DNA from: Chloropicon primus
Taxonomy: Eukaryota
Reading direction: 5' to 3'
Assembly: GCA_023205875.1 (NCBI GenBank)
Contig: CP060759.1
Span: 496,001-560,000 of the forward strand
Length of the DNA: 64,000 nucleotides
Below are positions 29,024-40,291 of this stretch, piece by piece. Both the position numbers and the translations under genes were made by a program. Positions within the stretch are counted from its first letter, which is position 1; every line of letters starts with the position of its first letter. The notes below the pieces were generated by a model that was given only the letters and a program-made list of their open reading frames with translations, did not search any database and was not told the origin of the DNA.

Positions 29024-30808
29024 CTACCGAGGTAAACGGCCAACACGACGGCCAGAAGCTCTGAAACCAAACCGCCGGTACACAAAGTAGGAAAAAGTAA
29101 CAAAGGTGATGCCAAAGATCATGATGCTGTAGGATCCCATCATAAGCGAGTATCTGTTTGAGTCCTCGGTGCTTTCCTGTACCCCTTCGTTCCGAGTGAC
29201 CCCCGCGCCCATATCTTCACCCACATGCGAATCTACAGGGGACTCTCTCTCGTCCTCCTCGTTCACTGTAGGCATGATCAAAGTCGGAGTGCTCGCCATC
29301 GCGTTCGCCACGAAGGAGGACCTCTCCAGCTTGTCCCCACGACCCAAAGCAAGGTCGCTAAGACCCCTCATCGCGTTGACGTGGGACTCGGTCAGTCCGC
29401 AAGTGTTGGGCTCGGGAAGCGACGCAACCTCCTCAGAAAACTTATCTGCGGGACTCCGGATGCCGGGAATGAGGCCCTGGTGCAAGTGAGTGATGTGCTC
29501 CAAGGCCATACCTGTCCAGTTCCTCACGTACTCCTTCAGCTCGTCCTTTTCGATGGGATTGTAAGTCTCCATGCAGTTCTTGTATGAAGCGAACCAGTTG
29601 CCAGCAATCTCCCAAGTCTCCGCGGAGGGAACACCAAAACCCGTGTGAACAAAGTCGTTGTGGGTCCCGTAAGCCACGTACCCAACAGCGTGACCACCGG
29701 CGCCAACCGTGCATTTGCCATCCATCCAGCGCTGGTTCAACTGGCTCTGCAGCTTCATCTCTGCGAGACTGGCAGCAGTGTTAAGCATGATGGGGCTGTA
29801 GTCCGGCGGCGTGAACATCCCGTGCATTCCCGAGTGCACGTTCACCACCGCGAGGGGCTCCACAGAATCGTAGACTCGAAACAGCAACCTGGTCTCGGGC
29901 TCGCTAAGCGCGGCTGGGCCACCGTATTCCTGCTCCAACTGGAATCTGCTTGACTTAACGTTCCAGTACAAGGGCCAGTTCCGGTTCGGATCAACGCCCC
30001 TGACGTTTGGTCTTTGGCAGATGTTGCTGGGATACTTGGAAACTACCTCCTCATCCAGCAGTTTCACTGTCCTCGGCCCCGGCCCGTCCTCCGTCTCCAC
30101 AATGCGCCGAGCGCTCTTGTTTTCACAAGGAACAATGTGAACAACGGTGTCATCCAACGCCTTCAGTACACTGTCCACAAACAACCTGTCGTTGTCAAAG
30201 ATGGGAAGCAGGGTCTCCACAGAAGCCTCGGACAAGAGTTTGATAAAGTACTCTCCCACCTCCGTTGTCACAAGCTCGCGACCGTGCTCGCCGAAAATAA
30301 ATACAACGCGAAGCTTGCCATCCGTCGGCCTCTTGCGGGGTATCGCCCTCACATTCTCATTGTTCGAAGACCAGTCCTCCTGGTTGTTGTCCCTCAACCA
30401 GTCCAGAACGATGTCGTCGGAGCCTATGCTATTGATGGCCTGCAGAGTGTCGGAGGACAAACCACCGCGCTCGTAAACCACAAGCTCAAGGTCGGCACGA
30501 TGAGAGGAGTTGCCCGCCAGGAGGCCATCGGACCTCAGGTTCTGGATGTGCATCTCCTTCGGGTTCCCCTCAACAACCTCGTAGATACGCTTCGTCTGCA
30601 CGTCAAGCTTGGAATACATATTCTCCCAGTCCGGCTTTGGCAACGTGGTTTCCATCCGCCGCGTTCCTACCTCTGGCATGTCGCACTTCAATATTCCAGC
30701 TTTATTGAAAGCTTCTCGTGTATTGAACGAGAAGTCTGCATACGCCCCATGGACTGACAGGCAGACCACTGCCACCGCCAATACCAACACACCTTGGGAT
30801 GAAAGCAT
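29024..30808 (-). CDS. M14 zinc carboxypeptidase, tandem copy 2
   Basis: Near-identical to copy 1 at a 2286-bp offset; same motifs. Confidence 0.88.
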   Translation of the reverse strand: MLSSQGVLVLAVAVVCLSVHGAYADFSFNTREAFNKAGILKCDMPEVGTRRMETTLPKPDWENMYSKLDVQTKRIYEVVEGNPKEMHIQNLRSDGLLAGNSSHRADLELVVYERGGLSSDTLQAINSIGSDDIVLDWLRDNNQEDWSSNNENVRAIPRKRPTDGKLRVVFIFGEHGRELVTTEVGEYFIKLLSEASVETLLPIFDNDRLFVDSVLKALDDTVVHIVPCENKSARRIVETEDGPGPRTVKLLDEEVVSKYPSNICQRPNVRGVDPNRNWPLYWNVKSSRFQLEQEYGGPAALSEPETRLLFRVYDSVEPLAVVNVHSGMHGMFTPPDYSPIMLNTAASLAEMKLQSQLNQRWMDGKCTVGAGGHAVGYVAYGTHNDFVHTGFGVPSAETWEIAGNWFASYKNCMETYNPIEKDELKEYVRNWTGMALEHITHLHQGLIPGIRSPADKFSEEVASLPEPNTCGLTESHVNAMRGLSDLALGRGDKLERSSFVANAMASTPTLIMPTVNEEDERESPVDSHVGEDMGAGVTRNEGVQESTEDSNRYSLMMGSYSIMIFGITFVTFSYFVYRRFGFRASGRRVGRLPR

Positions 30809-31156
30809 GTTGCTCCTCTTCTTTCGCGTCACAAGTGTTCGCGCGGTCAGGTCATTGCTCGATGTGCGTTTCGACTTCGATGGCCAGCGTTAGTCCTCGC
30901 CCCTTCCCCAGTGCCAGCCGCCGAGGTGGTCTCCCCTCCTTCTCTCCTGCTCCTCTCTCTCTGTCTCCTCGAGTTCTGCTCCTTTCCCACCAAAAATGGT
31001 GATGATGGTGGGTGGAGCATCAGATGGCCGAGACAGGGGGGGACGGGGACGGGGACGGGGACGTGATGATGGTGGGCTGCGATGAGCAATGTGGCAAGGG
31101 TCATCCCAGTGAGCCGTGGAGACGCACTCAGACTCCTTCAACTTCAACAAGAAAAT

Positions 31157-33001
31157 TTATATAATAATCATTACACAGTCACACCCAACAGTGTTTTGCA
31201 CACGGATCACACGACGTCCCAAACTCTGTAGCGACGGGGACGACGACGACCAGAAGATCTGGAAACCAAATCGCCGGTATACGTAGTAGGAAACAGTAAC
31301 AAAGGTGATGCCAAAGATCATGATGCTGTAGGATCCCATCATAAGCGAGTAACTATTTGCTGCGCCACGGCTTTGTCCCAATGCCTCGTTCCCCGTCAGC
31401 AAATTTCCATTCACTGGCTTTCCATTCTGAACTGAAGATGCCACGACACCAAAAAGGCCCCCCGTTCTAGGCTTGACCTCCTCAAAAGTAGGCATGACCA
31501 AAGTCGGAGTGCTCGCCATCGCGTTCGCCACGAAGGAGGACCTCTCCAGCTTGTCCCCACGACCCAAAGCAAGGTCGCTAAGACCCCTCATCGCGTTGAC
31601 GTGGGACTCGGTCAGTCCGCAAGTGTTGGGCTCGGGAAGCGACGCAACCTCCTCAGAAAACTTATCTGCGGGACTCCGGATGCCGGGAATGAGGCCCTGG
31701 TGCAAGTGAGTGATGTGCTCCAAGGCCATACCCGTCCAGTTCCTCACGTACTCCTTCAGCACGTCCTTTTCGATCGGATTGAAGAGCCCAAAGCAGTCAT
31801 AATATTCGGACCGCTCATTTCCGTATACCTCCCAAGTCTCCGCGGAGGGAACACCAAAACCCGTGTGAACAAAGTCGTTGTGGGTCCCGTAAGCCACGTA
31901 CCCAACAGCGTGACCACCGGCGCCAACCGTGCATTTGCCATCCATCCAGCGCTGGTTCAACTGGCTCTGCAGCTTCACCTCTGCGAGACTGGCAGCAGTG
32001 TTAAGCATGATGGGGCTGTAGTCCGGCGGCGAGAACATCCCGTGCATTCCCGAGTGCACGTTCACCACCGCGAGGGGCTCCACAGAATCGTAGACTCGGA
32101 ACAGCAACCTGGACTCGGGCTCACTGAGAGGGGATGCCCCCGGACCGTCTTCCGAGGATTTCTTGAAGTTCCAAGGCTTCACGCCCCCGTAAAGGGGCCA
32201 GTTCCGATTTGGGTCCACCGTTCTCTTGTTCACTCTTTGGCAAATATTTGGATCCTCTGACAACCCTGACTTCCCGTTGTTGGGGTCCGGGGTCTCCACA
32301 ATGCGCCGACCACTCTTGTTTTCACAAGGAACAATGTGAACAACGGTGTCATCCAACGCCTTCAGTACACTGTCCACAAACAACCTGTCGTTGTCAAAGA
32401 TGGGAAGCAGGGTCTCCACAGAAGCCTCGGACAAGAGTTTGATAAAGTACTCTCCCACCTCCGTTGTCACAAGCTCGCGACCGTGCTCGCCGAAAATAAA
32501 TACAACACGAAGCTTGCCATCCGTCGGCCTCTTGCGGGGTATCGCCCTCACATTCTCATTGTTCGAAGACCAGTCCTCCTGGTTGTTGTCCCTCAACCAG
32601 TCCAGAACGATGTCGTCGGAGCCTATGCTATTGATGGCCTGCAGAGTGTCGGAGGACAAACCACCGCGCTCGTAAACCACAAGCTCGATATCGGTGCTGT
32701 GGGAGGAGTTGCCCACCAGGAGGCCATCGGACCTCAGGTTCTGGATGTGCATCTCCTTCGGGTTCCCCTCAACAACCTCGTAGATACGCTTCGTCTGCAC
32801 GTCAAGCTTGGAATACATATTCTCCCAGTCCGGCAGCGGATAAGGGGGCCTCACCCGGGTTCCAATTTTTGGCATGCTACATTTCAGGATGCCCACCTCG
32901 TCGAACGCCTTCTCCGTGTCGAAGTCCACCGCATACGCCCCATGGACTGACAGGCAGACCACTGCCACCGCCAATACCAACACACCTTGGGATGAAAACA
33001 T
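31157..33001 (-). CDS. M14 zinc carboxypeptidase, tandem copy 3 (C-terminal tail frameshifted relative to copy 1)
   Basis: Same motifs with patches of divergence; one extra base at 31261/31262. Confidence 0.85.
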   Translation of the reverse strand: MFSSQGVLVLAVAVVCLSVHGAYAVDFDTEKAFDEVGILKCSMPKIGTRVRPPYPLPDWENMYSKLDVQTKRIYEVVEGNPKEMHIQNLRSDGLLVGNSSHSTDIELVVYERGGLSSDTLQAINSIGSDDIVLDWLRDNNQEDWSSNNENVRAIPRKRPTDGKLRVVFIFGEHGRELVTTEVGEYFIKLLSEASVETLLPIFDNDRLFVDSVLKALDDTVVHIVPCENKSGRRIVETPDPNNGKSGLSEDPNICQRVNKRTVDPNRNWPLYGGVKPWNFKKSSEDGPGASPLSEPESRLLFRVYDSVEPLAVVNVHSGMHGMFSPPDYSPIMLNTAASLAEVKLQSQLNQRWMDGKCTVGAGGHAVGYVAYGTHNDFVHTGFGVPSAETWEVYGNERSEYYDCFGLFNPIEKDVLKEYVRNWTGMALEHITHLHQGLIPGIRSPADKFSEEVASLPEPNTCGLTESHVNAMRGLSDLALGRGDKLERSSFVANAMASTPTLVMPTFEEVKPRTGGLFGVVASSVQNGKPVNGNLLTGNEALGQSRGAANSYSLMMGSYSIMIFGITFVTVSYYVYRRFGFQIFWSSSSPSLQSLGRRVIRVQNTVGCDCVMIII

Positions 33002-33711
33002 CTCGTGACGAGCAAGAGAAGCAACAGCTCGTGTGGACTCCAATGCCAACAGACACGGAAATGAATAAGAGTATCAACGCGTGGCGGCCCTTACCGACTG
33101 TCCCATATGCTCAGCGCCTGCCACTCGCACTTGACCTGCACACTCTTGACCCAAACAGTCCCTCACAATCCAATCCAATCCAATCCAATCCGATTCAAAT
33201 CGTTCTCAAACCTTCACCAGAGCACCAAACAAGTCAAGAAATGTCTCTTTCGAAAGCTCTCGACATGAAGGTTGTGTCTACCGATCTCTCCTTGGTCCCC
33301 GCCACCTCAACCGCCTTCCCCCTCGTCTCCAATCCTTCCCTCTTTCGTCCCACCCCCCGTACACCGAAATCGAAGCCTTTTGCCGCCAACGCGGAATCCT
33401 TTCAAAACCCAGAAGCGTTTCGTTTCGTTTCATTGACGGAGGAGAGGAGGACGAATCGTAACCGAAAGGCGAGCGTGTGTGTAACCGATAGAGCGTCAAG
33501 GGAAGGGTCCAGGGGACGAGATTATCTCGCTGGCTTACTGACCGTATCGGATTTGAAGCGGTGCGGCTCGGCGAGTGTCCGCACAACGACAAACAACACG
33601 CTTTGGTTGGCGTGGATTAGGCTGGGAGGGGGGATGACTCGAGTGTAACCGTCGAGAGAGTGAGCGAGTGAGGAAGCCGGGGAGGGAAGAGGGGTGCGAG
33701 GGGACGAGGTT

Positions 33712-35678
33712 ATGCTTCTGGGACTGGCTCTGTACCGGATCCGCAAGAGGAAGGAAGGAGAGATGAAGGGGCGTGAAGGTTCGGACGACGGGAAGGGTGC
33801 CGAGAGTTACAGAGAGGAGCACGCCCGGTGCTACGAAGAGGGTCCCTTTGCGTTCAAGGTAAGCAAAGACGCTCGGCAGGACTTCCTCGCACGACAGTGT
33901 TCTCGTTCTTTGGGCTGACAACTCGCCCGCTTCGCGCAGTGCTCCACCTCCTGTCATGAGCTCGATCGAGCCGGCGAAAAACTCGAGAGGATGAGTGACA
34001 ACAACAAGACGGAAAGGAAGGAGAAGGGTCCGGCAAGAGGGTTTCGGTTCCCTTATCGCTTGGCCATTTGTGCTGGGGGTTACTTGCTAAGGCTCGTGAA
34101 CAAGCACGGGGTGCGGCTTGTGAAAGGTGGGCACCCTGAGGAGGACGCGGGGACGGAATGTCCGCCACTTGTTGGTGGCGCGGCGCCTTTGGAGGAGAGT
34201 GCTGAGAACGCGCCTGCTGAGGAGAGCAGTGCCACGATCACGCTGGGGCACTTTGTGGAGCCCGGCCGCGATTCGACCAAGGCGACGTGCTTCACGGTTC
34301 AGCAAATCGAACAGATTCTGGCAAAGGAGAGAAAGAACAGGGAAGATGTGCTGGAGTTCACGATGGAGCAAAGTGCTTTGCGGAGCAAGGAGAAGGAAGA
34401 TCTGAGAGACGCGATCCGTTCAAGGGATCGCGAGATAGAGCAGAACTCGGAAGTTGTTGACAGGCTCCTTACCTCGATCTCCGAGTGCTTAGGCATAAGC
34501 TTTTCAGACCTGACCGGCGGCACAAAGTTAGATTCGTGCAGCAAGCAATCGACCAGCGAATCGACGACGAGTCCTGACTCCACCCTCACGCCAAAGTTCT
34601 TGATCAAAGAGAGCACGCCTGACATATGGAGAATGAAGCACGAAATGATCATCGAAAAAATCATGGAGATGGCGCAGGTGCTTGAACAGAAGACGGGGCA
34701 GTGCTCTGCCGCTCCGGCGCTGGGTCCACAGACTCAAAGCGGAGCAAGTTACCCGAAAAGGAAGGAGTACTCGAACGATGGGAACTTTTCTTCGTTCCTC
34801 AAGAGCTTCCGAGTGGAGCAGTTCGAATTCTTTACCGAAATGAAAGACAAGGAGTCCCAACTGCAGGAGTATTCCAAATTTGTTTCCAAGGTAAGTGTGT
34901 GGTTTTCGGATTTTCCCGGACACGCGCGCTGACGGGCGTGTTTTTGGCACTTTTCCCTACACAGTGGCACAAGGACATCAGCGAGATGAAGGAGAGGCAG
35001 GCAAAGCACTATCAATGCGAGCTGGACAGCCTCGTTGAGCAGCAGCAACAGATGTGCGAAGAACATGAAGAGCAAGTTTCGAGATTGATCGAGGACCATG
35101 CCGAAGAAGTTCACGAGATCAGGGCACACCACCAGGCTCAGTTGGCTGAGAAGGAGGGTGAGATCCAGCTACTGACAAGGGAGTTCGAGCGGCAAAGCGA
35201 TCGCTTGCAACAAGAGATGTTTCGCATGGAGGACAAAGTGCAGAACACGGTGAATGTCGCCATGGAAATGGAGCGCGACATCAATTTGGTCTGGAACAAG
35301 AACAGGGTGCAGAGGGCCAAACACAAGGCGGAGAAGAAAGAATTGGAGGCCCGGTTGAAGGATGCTATGGAGGTCAACGAAAAGCTTGCGGCTCGTCTTG
35401 GGGACCTACAAAACGAGCGCACCAAGAACCAGGCCGAGCTGAGCTACTTTTTGCAGGAGCTCTCCACCCTGTCCACGTCGGACCGCCTTCCAAGCTTTGA
35501 TTCGAGGGACTCCTATGCGCTGGTGGGGCGAAGCAAGGAGGGTCTTTGGTCAGGAACTTCGTCCTTGGACGTGAGCGCGATCAAGAGGTCCCTGTTCCAG
35601 GAGGACAGCGTAGAAATTCCGTCCCTCGAACTCCTTCAGAAAGTCTCCGTATCGGATCGTTACGAGGATTCTCAATAG
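33712..35678 (+). CDS. Coiled-coil protein of unknown function (exons 33712 or 33763-33858, 33940-34890, 34965-35678)
   Basis: Two GTAAG...CAG introns with GCTGAC branch points join three ORFs in frame; E/K/Q-rich heptads. Confidence 0.7.
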
Positions 35679-35726
35679 ATAATGTCCCTCTTACACCGTC
35701 CCATAGTTACACATGTAAACATTTTC

Positions 35727-36494
35727 TTACTCTACATCGTTCCCACCCCCAGCAGCTCCGGCCCTGGCTTTCCCCCTCACCCTCCTCCTCTTGGGCTTCT
35801 CTGCTTGGGCGGCGGGTTGAGCCTCCTGGTTGTGGCGCCTCCTTTCCGGGCCCTTGGCCGACTTCTTTCTCACAGACAAAGGGTTCGGTCCCTTTGCCTT
35901 CTTCTTCTTCTTCCTCGCCAGCTGGTCCTGCTGGGCCTCCTCCCCGCCCGCGAGCTCTCTCATCACCCGCGTCCCCCTCTCGTAGTCTTGGATCCCCATC
36001 TTGGCCTCCGACGCCCTGTTCACGAAGTTCTGCAGGTTGCTCCCAGGCTTCTGGAGCGAGACCCCGTTGACGGTCTTAAAAATGATCGGGACGACCGACG
36101 ATTTGGACAGGTACTTCTGCAGGTCCTTGTCCTGGGTTGCAACAAAGAAGTGAGACTCGTTCTTCTCTCCCACCTCGCGCTTGATGCACTCCGCCGCGGT
36201 CGTCACCCCTTCGTAACTGCACTTGTGCCTCTCCAGCCTCCTCGCCCCCTCAAGCGTCGCCCTGTACTCCTTCCCCATGCCGTGCAGCTCGTGCAGCGTG
36301 TACCTCGTAGTGAAGGCCCTCACGTTCCCCATAAGGAGCTTCGACAGCGTTGCTTCCACGTCCCCGTTCCCGGTGGCCAACACCGCGTGGATGAAATTCC
36401 CATCCACGAGAACTTTGTACGGCTCCCTGAAGCCGAAATTCACGTGGAAGAACTTCAGCGTCTTCCTCACCGCCTTGTGCCTCTTGATCCTCAT
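35727..36494 (-). CDS. UTP23: rRNA-processing protein UTP23 (Fcf1/PIN family)
   Basis: MRIKRHK...FGFREPYKVLVDGNF, FFVATQD and KGPNPLSVRKK motifs. Confidence 0.92.
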   Translation of the reverse strand: MRIKRHKAVRKTLKFFHVNFGFREPYKVLVDGNFIHAVLATGNGDVEATLSKLLMGNVRAFTTRYTLHELHGMGKEYRATLEGARRLERHKCSYEGVTTAAECIKREVGEKNESHFFVATQDKDLQKYLSKSSVVPIIFKTVNGVSLQKPGSNLQNFVNRASEAKMGIQDYERGTRVMRELAGGEEAQQDQLARKKKKKAKGPNPLSVRKKSAKGPERRRHNQEAQPAAQAEKPKRRRVRGKARAGAAGGGNDVE

Positions 36495-37259
36495 CCCCTC
36501 CCCTCCCGGAGTTGTCCCTTGCCACCGGTCTGCTGGTCACGCCAACCCGTACCCGAACCGAACCCGTTGCCGGTGAAAACCTCGTCAAGTGGCGCGCTTT
36601 CGCCCGAAACTCTCACCACGTCACTGGGTGGCGCACAACAAGCAGATATATCGACAGACCCTCCCCCTCTTCCGCTCAACCCACCCACTCGCGCTCCACC
36701 TCTCTCGGCGATCTCTCCCAATGCTTCTCTCCCTCTCTCTCCAGGGGATCCCCTTCTCCTTTTCGTGAACCTAAAATCCTCACCACAGCGTCGTTTCTCT
36801 CAAGCGAGGGCTCTTTGGAAAGACAAAGAGACGAAGATTACGTTGATACACTCTTCCCCCCGTTCCTGTCCCCTCCAAGTCCTCTCCCGTATCCCTTCTC
36901 TCTCGCCTTCCAGTTGCAGGAGCAGAAAGCTTTTTGTGTTTCATCCCGGCAGCTGAAAAGGGGTTCCTCTTCGTTTATTGATCGACGTTAATTATCCCCG
37001 AAAGAGAACCTGAGGCTGAGGCTGAGCCTCAGGATAAGGTAGAGCGACGACGAACGACGACGACGACACCGACGACGACGAGCGTTGTTGTTAGCGACGA
37101 GGGTGCGTGGTAATCGTGCGTCCATCTTGAGGTCTTGTTGGAATCGTTTCGTTCCGAGGGAGAACGAGGACGAGGAATCCATTCACTCTTCATCTTGTCA
37201 TTCTGTTTTGGAGGAGAGAAGTCGAGCGGGTTGGGGTTGACGCGGAGCAAGGGGACGTC

Positions 37260-37784
37260 ATGGCGTCGGCGAAGACGACGAGGAGGATGACGACGAGGTG
37301 TTCGTGCTCGTATTCGGGTTCGTTCCTCCGAGGGGGGAGGAGGTTGTTGGGAAGGAGCGGGGAGGGACGGGAAAGAATGGGGGTGCGTTCCCGTGCCCTC
37401 GACCAGTCGATATGCTTGAGCGTTGCCCAGGAGGAGCTCGCTTTCGCGGTCGCGGTGGCTGCGGAGACTTTTCTGTCCGCGAGGAAGAAGAAGGAGCTGA
37501 CGGGGGAGGACACGAACTTCTTCCAGCCTGCTGTGATCGTCGGGGTCATCGCCGTGTCGTCCGGGCTCGTGTACACGAGGAACGACCTGCTGGGGAGGGT
37601 CGGGCTGCTTTTCAACTCCATTGCGGCCTTTGCGGTGATTGGCAGCTACTCCAAGCGGTTCCTCGAGGCTCCTGAGAGCTCCAACGAGGAGAACGAGTTC
37701 CCGGGCCCCAAGGGGACGCCAGCCTTTGGGATCTTCATGTCGCTGATGGCCTTCCTGGCCTCGACGCAGGCCCTCACGAGGGTC

Positions 37785-37787
<3 letters not shown>
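37260..37787 (+). CDS. Hypothetical membrane protein, possibly plastid-targeted
   Basis: 175 aa with an Arg/Ser-rich N-terminus, three to four hydrophobic segments and GC3-biased codons. Confidence 0.65.

Positions 37788-37825
<38 letters not shown>
37786..37825. repeat. (AG)n microsatellite starting at the stop codon of the 37260 gene
   Basis: Read directly. Confidence 0.9.
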
Positions 37826-37828
<3 letters not shown>

Positions 37829-37914
37829 GAGTTCGCCGCTGGGGTCTTGTCCTCTCACGACCGCCTTTCTTTTCAAGGAAAAAGTTTATGATTACAGCAA
37901 GTTTTGTTTTCTGT

Positions 37915-38634
37915 TTAATAATATTCGTTACAAGGCTCGAGACTGCTGATGGACTCCTCCAGGAGCGACCCGAAAAACTCCCTGTTCTTCAGCTTGGACT
38001 GGCCCCTAATAATACTTACAGCGACGTGCTGCGGGATGCCGTGGGCTTGGCTCACGTGCCAGGCAAAGTCTTCTAGGTCGCCGCTCCACTTCCTGCAAAA
38101 GATGCACTTCACTCGCGAGGGGCTCGTCGCGGAGTCCAAGGACCCGCCCACGATGACCTGGGGCTGCTCCGCGACGTCGATGCAAGTCCGAGGCGACTCG
38201 AGTGCCCCCACCCCGTGAGCTGGAAGCGAAGAGGAAAGGAAAGATGCCAAGAAAGAAACGAAAGAGGTCAGGAGTCAGAAAAGAAAGAAAGAAAGAAAAG
38301 CGAGGGGAGCACACTTCTCACCTGTCCGCAGACCGAGCCCGTAGTTCTCGTAATCGTAGTCGTCGCTGGAAACGAAATCCATGGGGTCCCTCTCGCAACC
38401 TTGGCCATCGCTGTCGTTGTTGTTGTGAAACCCGTTCAAAAACCTCTTGGGTCTCTTGAGCGCCACGGAGGAGCGGTCCCACTCCATCGGGTACTCGATC
38501 TCCTGCGGAACCACGGAAGGGTTCGCGCCCCTCTTCCTCTTCCATATCGTCGAATTACTCTGCTGGATGTGTAGAGCCCGCAAGGGCGTCCCGTGCTTCC
38601 CCCCTCGGCCGTGCTTCCTGCTCCCGTCTTCCAT
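37915..38634 (-). CDS. Hypothetical protein with one C2H2-like zinc finger (exons 38634-38322, 38219-37915)
   Basis: A GTGAGA...CAG intron joins two ORFs in frame; CIFC-x12-HVSQAH. Confidence 0.6.
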
Positions 38635-39502
38635 CGCCCCTCAATCCCCAGGGGTTGACAAACTCTCTAAATAAAATATAAAAAAAACCCAAAAGCTTCG
38701 CCGCTTCTGCTCTCTACGACGGTGCACAAAACCCTTTCAGTCGACCACGAAGAGCGATCCAACGCAAAGCAAAAACCCTTTCGCACACCACGACGACGAC
38801 GACGACGAGGACGAATCCAATGCCCCCACACCCACACGAAACCTTTCTCTTTCTCGAAGAGCAAACCCAACCCAAAGCGAAAGGTGTTCGGTACCTCGGG
38901 TCGACGACGGGTACGTTCCTTCCGATCACGAACCCGTCCAACACGAACCACCTTCCGTCCTCCTCCTTAAGCCCTCTCTCTCTCGCTCGCTTTGCTCGCC
39001 CAAGACACACCACACCTCTTGCGCTCTTCTCTCTCTCTCTCTGGCGCGCGCTCTTCGCCATCCGGGGGGCACAACTTTTCCAAAGTTAAAATACAACTCC
39101 CGAAAGGGTCCACTCTGTTACGCGCGTATTTCAGATTTGAAGTAGAGGCAACATTTCCAAAAGAACGTCTCTCGTAGAACCCATGTTTGAAATTTCCACA
39201 ATTCCGTTGATGAGGAATCCATCCATCAATCAGCGCAGCTGTCACGGCAGAGGTGAAGGAAGGTGAGTGTTGGAAGAGAGGTTTTGGGACGCGGTAGTGA
39301 GGTTTACGGTCAAAGGTGTTGGAATTATCAAATTCTTTGTCTCTCTCTCTTTCGAACGACCCCTCGCTCGACCGTGTGCGTGACGGTTGGACTGAGAAAC
39401 GTCTTGATATCATTCATTGGTTTTTGTTTGTTGTTGTGATGGGTTGGATGGTTTCCCAGCAGAGGAGAGAGAGAAGAGACAGAGAGAGGTGAAGGCGACG
39501 AG

Positions 39503-40121
39503 ATGGTCACCAGAGGGAGCAAGAAGAACGAGGTAAGACGAACACGCCGACGGCGTGGCGTCGCACTCCCTGAGGACTGGACTAACTGACTGACCCAATG
39601 AATGAATGAATGAATTATGGGTGACGACGACGTTGTCGTTGTTCCGAAAGCAGGAGGAGGCGAGCGGCGCGTTGGGGCCGAACCAGACGCTTGTGATAGA
39701 GGTGGTGAAGGGGCCGTCCAAGGGAAAGGTGTACAGGGCCGGGCCGAACCAGAAGCAGCTTTCGGTGGGGAGGACCAAGGCCTCGGTCGTCCACGTGAAG
39801 AGTCCGGGGGTCTCCGAGAAGCACGCGGAGGTCGTGTGGAGCCCGGAGAAGACCTCGTGGTGCATCCGGGACGTGGGATCCTCGAACGGAACGGTCGTGA
39901 ACGGCGAGAACCTCGAGCCTGAGGTGCTGGCCAGGCCACTTCGGGACGGCGACAGGGTGAAGCTGGGACTCCAGTCGGAGCTCCTGATCCAGGTGGTCGA
40001 CGTTCCGGACGAGAACATCACCGTCGAGCAGTACCTGAACAAAGAGTGCGATAGGCTCATCTCCAAGATGCAGTCCAGAACGAGCGAGCTCGTGGGCGAC
40101 ATGAAGAAGGTGCTGGCGTGA
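39503..40121 (+). CDS. FHA domain-containing protein (exons 39503-39532, 39654-40121)
   Basis: FHA signature residues in VGRT, GVSEKHA, DVGSSNGTVVNG and LRDGDRVKLG. Confidence 0.88.
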
Positions 40122-40291
40122 GAGAGGCCCGGCGACCAGCGACGACGAGAGCGAGTCGAACTACTTTATATGCGCGCGCCGGGCGCGTAAACCACTGCCG
40201 AGAACAACAACCCAAAAAAAAAGCAGCTCAGCTGTGTTGTACATTAATAAGAATAGAAACGACTGAGTCAACTTTGCTTTAAGACCAATCC

